Below, piece by piece: positions 1 to 10,629 of a stretch of 12,997 nt of DNA (position 1 is the first letter of the stretch; each line of letters begins with the position of its first letter). The notes beneath the pieces are model-generated. The model did not search any database. It was given only the letters and a program-made list of their open reading frames with translations, and was not told where the DNA came from. The stretch comes from Eledone cirrhosa (lineage: Eukaryota). Position numbers and translations under genes: made by a program. The stretch covers positions 1 to 12,997 of the forward strand of contig CAXHJY010000229.1 in assembly GCA_964016885.1 (NCBI GenBank), given 5' to 3'.

Positions 1-181
1 GTGCCTGTGTCTATCTGTGTGTGTGTGTCTGTCTCTGTGTGTGCCTGTGTGTCTGTCTGTATCTGTGTGTGTGTGTGTATCTGTGTGTGTCTGTATGTGT
101 CTGTGTGTGTGTGTGTGTGTGTCTGTCTGTGTGTGTGTCTGTCTCTCTCTCTGTGTGTATGTCTGTCTGTGTGTATGTGTG
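1..181. repeat. Compound GT/CT microsatellite, runs off the left edge
   Basis: Interrupted (GT)n with CT/AT variants. It matches 3437-3617, and the ORF track shows the same peptide [10 protein letters not shown]...LSVCMC at both places. Confidence 0.95.
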
Positions 182-240
182 CTTTAATTCCTCCAAATCT
201 TCATCAACACTCATTAACACCACACCCCACACACATCCAA

Positions 241-731
241 ATCTCTCTTATATAGAGTCACACATCACAACACAACCTGATCTCTCTTATATAGAGTCAC
301 ACATCACAACACAACCTGATCTCTCTTATATCTAGAGTCACACATCACAACACAACCTCATCTCTCTTATATAGAGTCACACATCACAACACAACCTCAT
401 CTCTCTTATATCTAGAGTCACACATCACAACACAACCTGATCTCTCTTTTATAGAGTCACACATCACAACACAACCTCATCTCTCTTATATATAGAGTCA
501 CACATCACAACACAACCTGATCTCTCTCTTATATATAGAGTCACACATCACAACACAACCTGATCTCTCTTTTGTATAGAGTCACACATCACAACACAAC
601 CTGATCTCTCTTATATATAGAGTCACACATCACAACACAACCTGATCTCTCTTATATATAGAGTCACACATCACAACACAACCTGATCTCTCTTATATAT
701 AGAGTCACATATCACAACACAACCTCATCTC
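241..731. repeat. Minisatellite, 12 units of 39-43 bp (TAGAGTCACACATCACAACACAACCT[G/C]ATCTCTCTTATA)
   Basis: GAGTCAC anchor at 255, 294, 335, 374, 415, 454, 495, 538, 579, 620, 661 and 702. No unique spacers. Confidence 0.97.
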
Positions 732-856
732 AGTTTGACAATCACCACCGACGAATGCAAGAAAGTTCTCCAACAAAGTTAACCAGGAATCTTTAAAATT
801 CTTCCCACCGAAGTTAACAAAGAACTTACTGGATCTACCAACTCATAATATTATAA

Positions 857-1004
857 TTGTTTCTACTTTTGGCACAAGGCCAGCAATTATTCCAGTGCAT
901 TACTGGTACTTTATTTTATCGACCCCGTAAAGATGAAGGGCAAAGTTAACCTCGGTGGGATTTGAACTCAGAATGGCAAGGGCCGTAACTCTATGCGTCA
1001 AAGC
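857..1004 (-). mobile_element. tRNA-derived SINE, family 1, 5'-truncated copy with a 10-bp target-site duplication
   Basis: Homologous to 10411-10592 and 12386-12567. B-box GAGTTCAAATCC is present on the minus strand (about 958-969) and the A-box is missing. Direct repeat AATATTATAA at 847-856 and 1005-1014. Confidence 0.88.
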
Positions 1005-1113
1005 AATATTATAAAATTATAAAATTAAATCAAATTGTTTAGAACTACAAGTGAAGTCATTCTTTTCCTTTTTTTTCAAATTTACCTAACTCTACCAAGG
1101 ATCTCACACATTT

Positions 1114-1145
<32 letters not shown>

Positions 1146-1149
<4 letters not shown>

Positions 1150-1444
1150 CAGAACTAGCCGTAGAAACGGCTCGAGATCTGCCGTCGGGGTCTTGAACAA
1201 GCTGCCGAGGGATTAGAGAGATCTGCATGGTGTGGATGTGGATGTTTTCAAGAAACATCTCGACACCTTGGTATCCAGGATCCCGGATGAGCCCACAGCT
1301 AGGTTCGAGGAAAACCAAAGGGCAGCAGCAACGAACTCCCTCTTGAACCAGTGGCCAACCAATACAGACTCGAGATAAAATGTGTAGCCACAAGGGCTGT
1401 GCCCCAGCATGGCCTCAGCCGGATGGCTGGTACAGGTAAAAGAG

Positions 1445-1447
<3 letters not shown>
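1146..1447 (+). mobile_element. 3' end of a CR1/L2-group LINE (decayed ORF2 C-terminus plus 3' UTR)
   Basis: Frame 1193-1378 reads LNKLPRD*RDLHGVDVDVFKKHLDTLVSRIPDEPTARFEENQRAAATNSLLNQW..., matching the N.LP...F K..LD..L..IPD.P motif of CR1-group ORF2 ends. In-frame TAG at 1214. 3' stem-loop CAGCC-GGAT-GGCTG at about 1416-1429. Flanked by (TA)n on both sides. Confidence 0.75.
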
Positions 1448-1476
<29 letters not shown>

Positions 1477-1483
<7 letters not shown>

Positions 1484-1792
1484 AGAAAAAAAGAGAATCA
1501 GTGTTGTGACGAGTGGAATTTATTGGACATATTACAATCGTTTCCTAATAGGAAAATCTGCTTCGTAGAATCGAGACGTATCTGAGGACCTTGCGATTTT
1601 CAGAGTCAGGTTTGATTATCACATCGATCGTGCCTCGAGCTTGTTGCCAGAGAAACGATTGTAAGATGTCCAACAAATTCCATTCGTTGCAACAGTGATT
1701 CTCTTTTTTTCTGTGATATCACATTCTGCTCTATGAGAGCATCGAGTGCTCAAACGGCCTATCGCATATGGACGCTTTAAGCATCCAGCACC

Positions 1793-1796
<4 letters not shown>
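1477..1796 (+). mobile_element. Fold-back element A: 68-bp inverted arms plus one-sided tail, hammerhead-bearing (Penelope-like remnant)
   Basis: Arms 1477-1544 and 1652-1719 are reverse complements with 6 mismatches. Unpaired extension 1720-1796. (TA)n on both sides. Contains a hammerhead core. Confidence 0.7.
1575..1670 (+). ncRNA. Type I hammerhead-ribozyme-like motif (decayed helix II)
   Basis: GACGTAT-CTGAGGA(1582-1588)-63 nt-GAAAC(1652-1656)-GATT-GTA-AGATGTC. Helix I pairs 6/7, or 7/7 with the ATATGTC variant kept in the inverted arm. Helix II CCTTGCGA/TTGCCAGA is imperfect. Confidence 0.6.
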
Positions 1797-1850
<54 letters not shown>

Positions 1851-1985
1851 AAAAGTTATATTTAAATTGTTGGGATACAACAAGCAAATATTTTTATAAC
1901 TGACATAAAGCACTCAACAAATAATTGGAGTAAAAATACGATATTAACAAATGGAAACTATATTTATAAAACCATATTTATTTCA

Positions 1986-2039
1986 TTATACATATTTCAA
2001 GGACACCAAGTTAAATTATGGTGTGCTTTCTTCAGATAA
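1986..2039 (-). ncRNA. Minimal type I hammerhead-like motif (left arm of B)
   Basis: Minus strand reads TTAT-CTGAAGA-AAGCACACCA-loop-TGGTGTCCTT-GAAA-TATG-TA-TAA. Confidence 0.6.
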
Positions 2040-2184
2040 AATATAATATAGAGCAGTTTTATAAATAAATATTGACATACCCTTAAAGAATGCAACCATT
2101 ACTATCCGGGAGCTTCCACCAGTAATGGTTGCGTTCTTTAAGGGTATGTCAATATTTATTTATAAAACTGCTCTGTGTGTGTTT

Positions 2185-2238
2185 TTATCTGATGAAAGCA
2201 CACCATAATTTAACTTGGTGTCCTTGAAATATGTATAA
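2185..2238 (+). ncRNA. Minimal type I hammerhead-like motif (right arm of B)
   Basis: CTGATGA 2189-2195; helix II 2196-2205/2216-2225 (9 of 10 paired); GAAA 2226-2229; TATG; TA; AATAAA at 2242. Distal helix I TATTTATAAAACT/GGTTTTATAAATA. Confidence 0.62.
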
Positions 2239-2284
2239 TGAAATAAATATGGTTTTATAAATATAGTTTCCATTTGTTAATATC

Positions 2285-2336
<52 letters not shown>

Positions 2337-2344
2337 ATGTATGT

Positions 2345-2545
2345 GTGGAAGGAAGACGCAGGAGAGGTAGAGCACGAAAAATATAGGTGGAGGTGGTGAG
2401 AGCAGACCTCAGATCGCTGAAACTCACGGAGGAGATGACGAAGGGCCGTGACAAGTGGAGAGATGCTGTGCTGAATAGGACCCGTTCTACCCTTGCAAGT
2501 AGGGAAAAGGGGACGTAAAATGGTGATAATGAGGATGATGATGAT
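2345..2545 (+). mobile_element. 3' end of an RTE-clade LINE with (GAT)n tail
   Basis: Frame 2345-2518 reads VEGRRRRGRARKI*VEVVRADLRSLKLTEEMTKGRDKWRDAV..., matching the G.R.RGRP...W...V..D......DR..WR signature of RTE C-termini. TAG at 2384 replaces the conserved Trp. A GAT-repeat tail follows. Confidence 0.85.
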
Positions 2546-2569
2546 ATGTGCAAACATACGTTGGTCAAG

Positions 2570-4020
2570 TGTATATGTATGTATGTATGTATATATGTAA
2601 GTATGTATGTATGTGTGTGCGTATATATATATATATACAAACATATATATGTGTGTCTGTGTGTCTGTTTGTGTCTGTCTGTTTGTGTCTGCCTGTGTGT
2701 TTGTGTCTCTCTCTGTGTGTCTGTCTGTGTGTGTCTGTCTGTTTGTCTCTGTTTGTGTCTGTGTGTGTCTGTGTGTTTGTCTCTGTTTGTGTCTGTCTGT
2801 GTGTTTGTGTCTGTCTGTGTGTGTCTGTGTTTGTGTCTGTCTCTGTGTGTGCGTGTGTCTGCCTGTGTGTGTGTCTGTGTATGCGCGGGTGTGTGTCTGT
2901 CTGTATGTGTTTGTCTGTCTGTGGGTGTCTCTGCCTGCGTGTGTGTGTGTGTATGTGTGTTTGTCTGTCTGTCTGTCTGTATGCGTGTGTCTGCCTGTGT
3001 GTGTCTCTGTATGTGTGTATCTGCCTGTGTGTGTGTGTGTGTGTGTGTCTGCCTGCGTGTGTCTCTGTGTGTGTGTATCTGCCTGTGTGTGTTTGTCTGT
3101 CTGTGTGTGTGTATGCCTGTGTCTGTCTGTCTCTGTGTGTCTGTCTGTCTGTGTGTGTGTGTGTGTGTGTGTCTGTCTGTGTGTGTGTGTCTGTCTGTGT
3201 GTGTGTCTGTCTCTGTGTCTGTCTGTCTCTGTGTGTGTCTGTCTCTCTGTGTGTGTGTGTGTCTGTCTGTGTGTGTGTGTGTGCCTGTGTGTCTGTCTGT
3301 ATCTGCGTGTGTGTGTATCTGTGTGTGTGTGTGTGTGTATCTGTGTGTGTGTCTATATCTGTGTGTGTGTGTGTGTGTATATCTCTGTGTGTGTCTGTCT
3401 CTCTCTCTGTGTGTATGTCTGTCTGTGTGTATGTGTGTGCCTGTGTCTATCTGTGTGTGTGTGTCTGTCTCTGTGTGTGCCTGTGTGTCTGTCTGTATCT
3501 GTGTGTGTGTGTGTATCTGTGTGTGTCTGTATGTGTCTGTGTGTGTGTGTGTGTGTGTCTGTCTGTGTGTGTGTCTGTCTCTCTCTCTGTGTGTATGTCT
3601 GTCTGTGTGTATGTGTGTGCCTGTGTCTATCTGTGTGTGTCTCTGTGTGTGTGTGTCTGTCTCTGTGTGTGTGTGTGCCTGTGTGTCTGTCTGTATCTGT
3701 GTGTGTGTATCTGTGTGTGTCTCTGTGTGTGTGTGTGTGTGTCTGTCTGTGTGTGTGTCTGTCTCTCTCTCTGTGTGTGTCTGTCTCTGTGTGTGTGTCT
3801 GTCTGTGTGTCTGAATGTGTGTGTGTGTGTGTGTGTGTGTCTCTCTCTCTCTCTGTGTGTGTGTCTGTCTCTGTGTGTGTGTGTCTGTCTCTGTGTGTGT
3901 GTGTGCCTGTGTGTCTGTCAGTATCTGTGTGTGTGTGTCTGTATCTGTGTGTGTGTGTGTCTGTATCTGTGCGTGTGTGCCTGTGTGTCTCTCTCTGTGT
4001 GTGTGTGTCTGCCTGTGTTT
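2570..4020. repeat. About 1.45-kb compound (GT)/(GTCT) microsatellite with local higher-order repetition
   Basis: Nearly pure GT/CT dinucleotides. GTGCCTGTGTCTATCTGTGTGTGT recurs at 3437 and 3617 (180-bp period). Confidence 0.97.
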
Positions 4021-4140
4021 AAGTGTGAATATAAATAAGCAACGCAATGTTTGTATTCGTTTGTTTGTGTTTGTGTTAAACTGTCTAAATAGCAATGATT
4101 TTGTGTATTTACATACTACGTACGGCTGTATAGATATATA

Positions 4141-4153
4141 TACATTACTGTAT

Positions 4154-4204
<51 letters not shown>

Positions 4205-4211
4205 CTTCAAT

Positions 4212-4257
<46 letters not shown>

Positions 4258-4268
4258 TGCTGTATGTA

Positions 4269-4307
<39 letters not shown>

Positions 4308-4313
4308 TTCAAT

Positions 4314-4344
<31 letters not shown>

Positions 4345-4387
4345 CATTGCTGTATGTATGTGTGTATATATATATATATACTTCAAT

Positions 4388-4418
<31 letters not shown>

Positions 4419-4429
4419 CATTACTGCAT

Positions 4430-4462
<33 letters not shown>

Positions 4463-4512
4463 CATATGTATGTATATATGTACTTCAATATACATATATA
4501 TATACTTCAATA
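4141..4512. repeat. Minisatellite of about 4 units: TACATT[A/G]CTGTATGTATGTGTG-(TA)n-CTTCAATATACATACA-(TA)n
   Basis: Unit starts near 4141, 4253, 4343 and 4417. CTTCAAT anchors near 4205, 4307, 4381, 4483 and 4505. Confidence 0.9.
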
Positions 4513-4626
4513 AGCTTAAATAGATAATTGTTATTTAAACAAGTTACAATTAATGCTTGTAAAGTAACAGTATATGTACACGTACACCCCACACAGCCCC
4601 CGTATATATATATGTATATATATATG

Positions 4627-4658
<32 letters not shown>

Positions 4659-4735
4659 TATCGTTTTCGGTTACTCTAGTTCAGAGTTAGAGTAAATGCT
4701 AGAAATAAATCATACTGTGTTGTTAACCTGTACAT

Positions 4736-4764
4736 AAATATATATATATAAAATACATAATTAT

Positions 4765-4828
<64 letters not shown>

Positions 4829-4853
4829 ATATATTTATATATATTTATATATT

Positions 4854-4888
<35 letters not shown>

Positions 4889-4899
4889 ATATATTATAT

Positions 4900-4931
<32 letters not shown>

Positions 4932-4994
4932 ATATATTTATATTATATATATTTATATATATATATTATATATATATATTATATATATATTTAT

Positions 4995-5026
<32 letters not shown>

Positions 5027-5119
5027 ATATATTATATATATATTTTATATATATATATTTATATATATATATTTATATATATATATTTATATATATATAT
5101 ATTTATATATATATATATT

Positions 5120-5152
<33 letters not shown>

Positions 5153-5202
5153 ATAATATTATATATATATATATATTATATATATATATTATATATTATA
5201 TT

Positions 5203-5236
<34 letters not shown>

Positions 5237-5355
5237 ATATATATTTATATATATTATATTATATATATATATATTTATATATATATATTTATATTATATA
5301 TTTATATATATTTATATATTTATATATTATTTATATATATTTTATATATATATAT

Positions 5356-5388
<33 letters not shown>

Positions 5389-5403
5389 ATATTTATATAT
5401 ATA

Positions 5404-5447
<44 letters not shown>

Positions 5448-5500
5448 ATTATATATTATTATATATATATAATTATATATATATATTTATATATATATAC

Positions 5501-5545
<45 letters not shown>

Positions 5546-5595
5546 AATTATATATATATAATTATATATATATATATTATATATATATATATATA
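4736..5595. repeat. Degenerate (TA)n array (TATATT variants)
   Basis: About 860 bp consisting almost only of A and T. Confidence 0.97.
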
Positions 5596-5602
5596 CCATA
5601 AC

Positions 5603-5693
5603 AGATGTCCGACGAGCTTTTGATTCAGAGTCGGGCAGATCAATACAGATCAAACCTTAAGCCGATCAATCGCGAAACACGCGCGTCACACCT
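5603..5693 (+). ncRNA. Degenerate type I hammerhead-like motif in an isolated 140-bp island
   Basis: AGATGT-CCGACGA(5609-5615, one change from CTGACGA)-GCTTTTGATT...GATCAATCGC-GAAAC(5674-5678)-ACGCGC-GTC-ACACCT. Helix I pairs 5/6 and helix II 8/10. Confidence 0.55.
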
Positions 5694-5736
5694 CAAAACG
5701 TAATGAAGACCTAACACTTCATCCTTTTATTATTTG

Positions 5737-5919
5737 TATATATCTCTATATATCTATATATATATATACATATATATAGATATATATACATATAATATAC
5801 ATATAATACATATACTATATATACATATAATATATAATATACATATACATATATATATATACATATATATAATATATACATATACATATATATACATATA
5901 CATATATATATACATATAC

Positions 5920-5951
<32 letters not shown>

Positions 5952-6110
5952 AATATATATATATACATATACATATATATAATTATATATACATACATAA
6001 TATATATATATACATACATATATATATATATACATACATATATATATATATACATACATATATATATAATATACATACATATATATATATATACATACAT
6101 ATATATATAT

Positions 6111-6207
<97 letters not shown>

Positions 6208-6503
6208 CATATATATAATATACACATACATATATATATACATACATATATATATACATACATATATATATATATACATACATATTATATATACATACAT
6301 ACATATATATATATATATAATACATACTATATATATATATATATACATACATATATATATATATCATACATATATAATATACATATATATATATATATAT
6401 AATATACATATATATATATATAATATACATATATATATATCATATACATATATATATATATACTTATATATTTATGTATATACATATATATATATAATAT
6501 ACA
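5737..6503. repeat. (TA)n/(TACA) low-complexity array
   Basis: TA repeats interrupted by CA and TAA. Confidence 0.97.
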
Positions 6504-6505
6504 TT

Positions 6506-7159
6506 ATGTCAAGTCACCAGTTGGTGCTACTGGTAACATGTATCCCAGTACAACCTGTCTCATGGTCGGGTCGTTGGCGACTAAACTGGCAACCCACCAG
6601 GTTTCTTGGTGAGGAGGGTGACTTTGGACATCCTGCAACCCCACCAAGGTTTCTTGGTGAGGAGGGTGACTTTGGACATCCTGCAGGACTAAAAACAAAA
6701 CCTGTCAAAGGGCAAAGGAGCTATTAAGAGTCAATGGCCATCCAAAATCACCGGGAGAGATGACCCCTTAGCCTTTGTCAAGGCAGAATTCTAGGAGAAG
6801 GAAAACTCTGATATAATACCTGCAACCCTGATGGTATCCAATGATGTTGACTTGTTCTTCTTTTTGGTAAATATCATCTTGGTTAAGAGAGTGGGACTGG
6901 CTTTGTGCAGTGCCTTTGCTCACTATAAAAGCTTCACGGCACAGGCATTGCTTTATATCTGGAGATCTCTCTGCACTTGTCGTCACATGGTACCATGGGC
7001 CCAGCACTATGTGTCAATAATTGTCACAGGTGTAGTGTTTGTACCAGAGTTTTCAAGTCGCTGGCTGGACTAAAAAGTCACTCGTTCAGCGCATCGGTAG
7101 GGGTTCTCCTACATGGATATAAAGTAGTGGCCGTACTCGAAAACGAGTTGGCAGCCACC

Positions 7160-7160
<1 letters not shown>
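6506..7160 (+). mobile_element. Probable non-autonomous, internally deleted RTE-like retroelement (5' UTR-like part joined to ORF C-terminus and 3' hairpin)
   Basis: AGGAGAAGGAAAACTCTGA (about 6793-6811) resembles a motif I recall from RTE 5' UTRs. 7031-7081 encodes [17 protein letters not shown], like the terminal zinc finger of RTE ORFs. 3' hairpin ACTCG-AAAA-CGAGT is enclosed by GTGGC/GCCAC. Flanked by (TA)n. Confidence 0.6.
6589..6685. repeat. Tandem duplication, about 48-bp period
   Basis: GGTTTCTTGGTGAGGAGGGTGACTTTGGACATCCTGCA is identical at 6600-6637 and 6648-6685. Confidence 0.95.
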
Positions 7161-7957
<797 letters not shown>

Positions 7958-7959
7958 GA

Positions 7960-8076
7960 AGGCGTGTGGCTGAGCGGTTAGAGAATTGGCTTCGCAATGG
8001 TGAAGTTGTGAGTTCGATTCCTGGAACAGGCGATGCGTTATGTCCTTGAGCAGGACACTTTATTTCACCTTGCTCC
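7960..8076 (+). mobile_element. tRNA(Arg)-derived SINE head with CORE-like segment (family 2)
   Basis: A-box TGGCTGAGCGG 7967-7977; CT-TCG-CA anticodon-like loop at about 7990-7996; B-box GAGTTCGATTCC 8010-8021. TGTCCTTGAGCAGGACACTT (8041-8060) resembles the start of the CORE domain (GTGACCTTGGGCAAGTCACTT). The 3' boundary is uncertain and may extend to about 8177. Confidence 0.78.
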
Positions 8077-8179
8077 TTCTACCTGGAGTTGCGACCGATA
8101 GATAGTATTAGCAATTGGAAAGACCAATGGAAACATTGTTGCCACGATTCTGATTTGACGAAAGTCGATCGCTCCTTAA

Positions 8180-8600
8180 AATATATATAACATATATATT
8201 TAATATATATATACTTATCTATATATATAAATTATGCATATGCATAATATACATATATATAATATATATGTATATATATATAATATACATATATACACAT
8301 ATATAATTTACATATATATATATATTAACATATATATATATATAATATATATATATTATACATATGTATAATATATAAATATATATATTATACATATGTA
8401 TAATGTATAATATAAATATATATAATATATATATATTATACATATGTATAATATATAAATATATATATAATATATATAAATATATATATAATATATATAT
8501 AATATATATACTTATGTATATATACATATTATACATATGTATAAAATATATATATAAATATATATATAAATATATATATAAATATATATATATAAATATA
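8180..8600. repeat. AT-rich cryptic minisatellite
   Basis: Recurrent ATATTATACATATGTATAA motif within TA repeats. The same motif resumes after 9500. Confidence 0.9.
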
Positions 8601-8738
8601 TATGCAAAGTTTTATTAAATTGTTGGGTTACAACGAGTAAATATTTATAACTGATATAAAAGCACTCAACAAGTATTTGGAGTATATTTACGATATTAAA
8701 TAAATGGAAACTATATTTATAAAACCATATTTATTTCA

Positions 8739-8793
8739 TTGTATATATTTCAGGGATATCATATTAAAAATATGGTATGCCTTCATCAGACAA
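8739..8793 (-). ncRNA. Minimal type I hammerhead-like motif (left arm of C)
   Basis: Minus strand reads TTGT-CTGATGA-AGGCATACCATATT-TTT-AATATGATATCCCT-GAAA-TATA-TA-CAA. Confidence 0.62.
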
Positions 8794-8952
8794 AATACAA
8801 TATAAACAGTCTTATAAATAGATAGATTTGACATACCTTACAACTTCGAACTTCCATTTAAAAAGTTGATTTGGTACCAAATCAACTTTTTGGAAGTTGA
8901 AGTTGTAAGGTATGTCAAATCTATCTATTTATAAGACTGTTTATATTGTATT

Positions 8953-9007
8953 TTGTCTGATGAAGGCATACCATATTTTTAATATGATATCCCTGAAATA
9001 TATATAA
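8953..9007 (+). ncRNA. Minimal type I hammerhead-like motif (right arm of C)
   Basis: CTGATGA 8957-8963; helix II 8964-8977/8981-8994 (12 of 14 paired); GAAA 8995-8998; palindromic TATA; TA; AATAAA at 9011. Confidence 0.62.
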
Positions 9008-9056
9008 TGAAATAAATATGGTTTTATAAATATAGTTTCATTTATTTAATATCGTA

Positions 9057-9081
9057 TATAAATATATATATATATATAAAT

Positions 9082-9136
<55 letters not shown>

Positions 9137-9149
9137 TATATATAAATAA

Positions 9150-9194
<45 letters not shown>

Positions 9195-10408
9195 TATATA
9201 TAAATAAATATATATATAAATATATATATATATATAATATACATATATATAATATATATGCTTACGTATATATATATATAATATACATATATATAATATA
9301 TATACTTACGTATATATATATATAATATACATATATATAATATATATACTTATGTATATATATATAATATACATATATATAATATATATACTTATGTATA
9401 TATAATATACATATATATAGTATATATACTTATGTATATATATATATAATATACATATATATAATATATATACTTATGTATATATATATAATATACATAT
9501 ATATAATATATATACTTATGTATATATACATATTATACATATGTATAAAACTTATGTATATATATATAATATACATATATATAATATATATACTTATGTA
9601 TATATACATATTATACATATGTATAAAATATATATATACATATATATAATCCATATATAATATATATACTTATATATATATGTATACTATTCATATGTAT
9701 GATATATATATATGTATGCATATTATACATATATATAAAATATATATATACATATATATAATCCATATATAATATATATACTTATATATATATATGTATA
9801 CTATTCATATGTATGATATATATATGTATACATATGTATATATATATATAATATATACACATATATAATATAGACATATATATAATATATATACTTACGT
9901 ATATATATATATATATATATTATACATATACATATATACATATATATAATATATATATACATATATATAATATACATATATACATATATATAATATACAT
10001 ATATACACATATATAATATATAATATATATAATATATATAATATATATACTTACGTATCTCTCTATATATATATATTATACATATACATATATACATATA
10101 ATATACATATATACACATATAATATAGACATATATAATATATATACTTACGTATATATATAGACATATATATAATATATATACTTACGTATATATGTATA
10201 TATATTATACATATACCAATACATATATACATATATATAATATACATATATACTCATATATAATATAGACGTATATATATATATAGATATATTATACATA
10301 TACATATATACATATATATAATAGACATATATACACATATATATACTTACGTATATATATATATTATACATATACATATATATAATATACATATATACAT
10401 ATATATAA
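9057..10408. repeat. AT-rich minisatellite complex (about 40-50-bp TAATATACATATATATAATATATATACTTA[C/T]GTA units plus an about 110-bp duplication)
   Basis: CTTA[C/T]GTA anchors recur from about 9260 to 10350. The block ATCCATATAT...CTATTCATATGTATGA occurs twice (about 9650 and about 9762). Confidence 0.92.
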
Positions 10409-10410
10409 GT

Positions 10411-10592
10411 GTTTCTACTTTTGGCACAATGCCAGCAATTACCCCAGTACATTACTGGTACTTTATTTTATCGACCCCGTAAGGATGAAAGGCAAAGTCA
10501 ACCTCGGCGGGATTTGAACTCAGATCGTAAAGGGACGTAACTATGCTGGAAAGCATGGCGTCCGACCCTCTACCGATACTGCCACTCCACCC
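10411..10592 (-). mobile_element. tRNA-derived SINE, family 1, apparently full length
   Basis: Minus-strand A-box TGGCAGTATCGG (10584-10573) and B-box GAGTTCAAATCC (10521-10510). Body shared with three other copies in the window. Confidence 0.9.
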
Positions 10593-10629
10593 TAATATAC
10601 ATATATATAATATACATATGCACATATAA

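Larger units (their letters stand above)
1845..2288. mobile_element. Fold-back element B: 168-bp inverted arms plus about 90-bp left tail, with two divergent hammerhead motifs
   Basis: Arms 1936-2103 and 2121-2288, with a 17-nt spacer. The tail 1845-1935 and the outer arms are homologous to element C (8601-9056). Embedded in (TA)n. Confidence 0.85.
8601..9056. mobile_element. Fold-back element C (same family as B): about 185-bp arms with zero spacer plus about 90-bp left tail, with two divergent hammerhead motifs
   Basis: Arms 8689-8875 and 8876-9056, centred on GGT|ACC, with about 4 differences between arms. The tail and outer arms align with 1845-2080. Confidence 0.87.

Noticed and set aside
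241-731. CRISPR-like regular array
   Set aside because: Head-to-tail units with no unique spacers, no cas genes, and a eukaryotic context.
1936-2288. Classical MITE interpretation of palindromes A, B and C
   Set aside because: The arms are asymmetric (shared one-sided tail), the centres differ between copies and the arms contain hammerhead cores. Disfavoured rather than excluded, since TA flanks could hide a TA target duplication.
2185-4095. 636-aa and overlapping 422-496-aa ORFs
   Set aside because: Translations of a GT/CT microsatellite (THTQ/CVCL repeats), open in many frames only because the repeat lacks stop codons.
4671-4695. Hairpin TTACTCTA/TAGAGTAA as a possible ribozyme helix II
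   Set aside because: No CTGANGA core on either strand next to it.
6589-6625. Twister ribozyme suggested by GAGGAGGG
   Set aside because: The other conserved twister elements and pseudoknot pairings could not be placed.
7031-7095. Host C2H2 zinc-finger gene exon
   Set aside because: Single finger with no in-frame second His and no TGEKP linker, followed by a LINE-type 3' hairpin and TA repeats. It fits a retroelement end better.
7961-8030. tRNA-Arg gene
   Set aside because: A and B boxes are present, but the acceptor and anticodon stems do not pair, and the sequence continues into a CORE-like SINE body.
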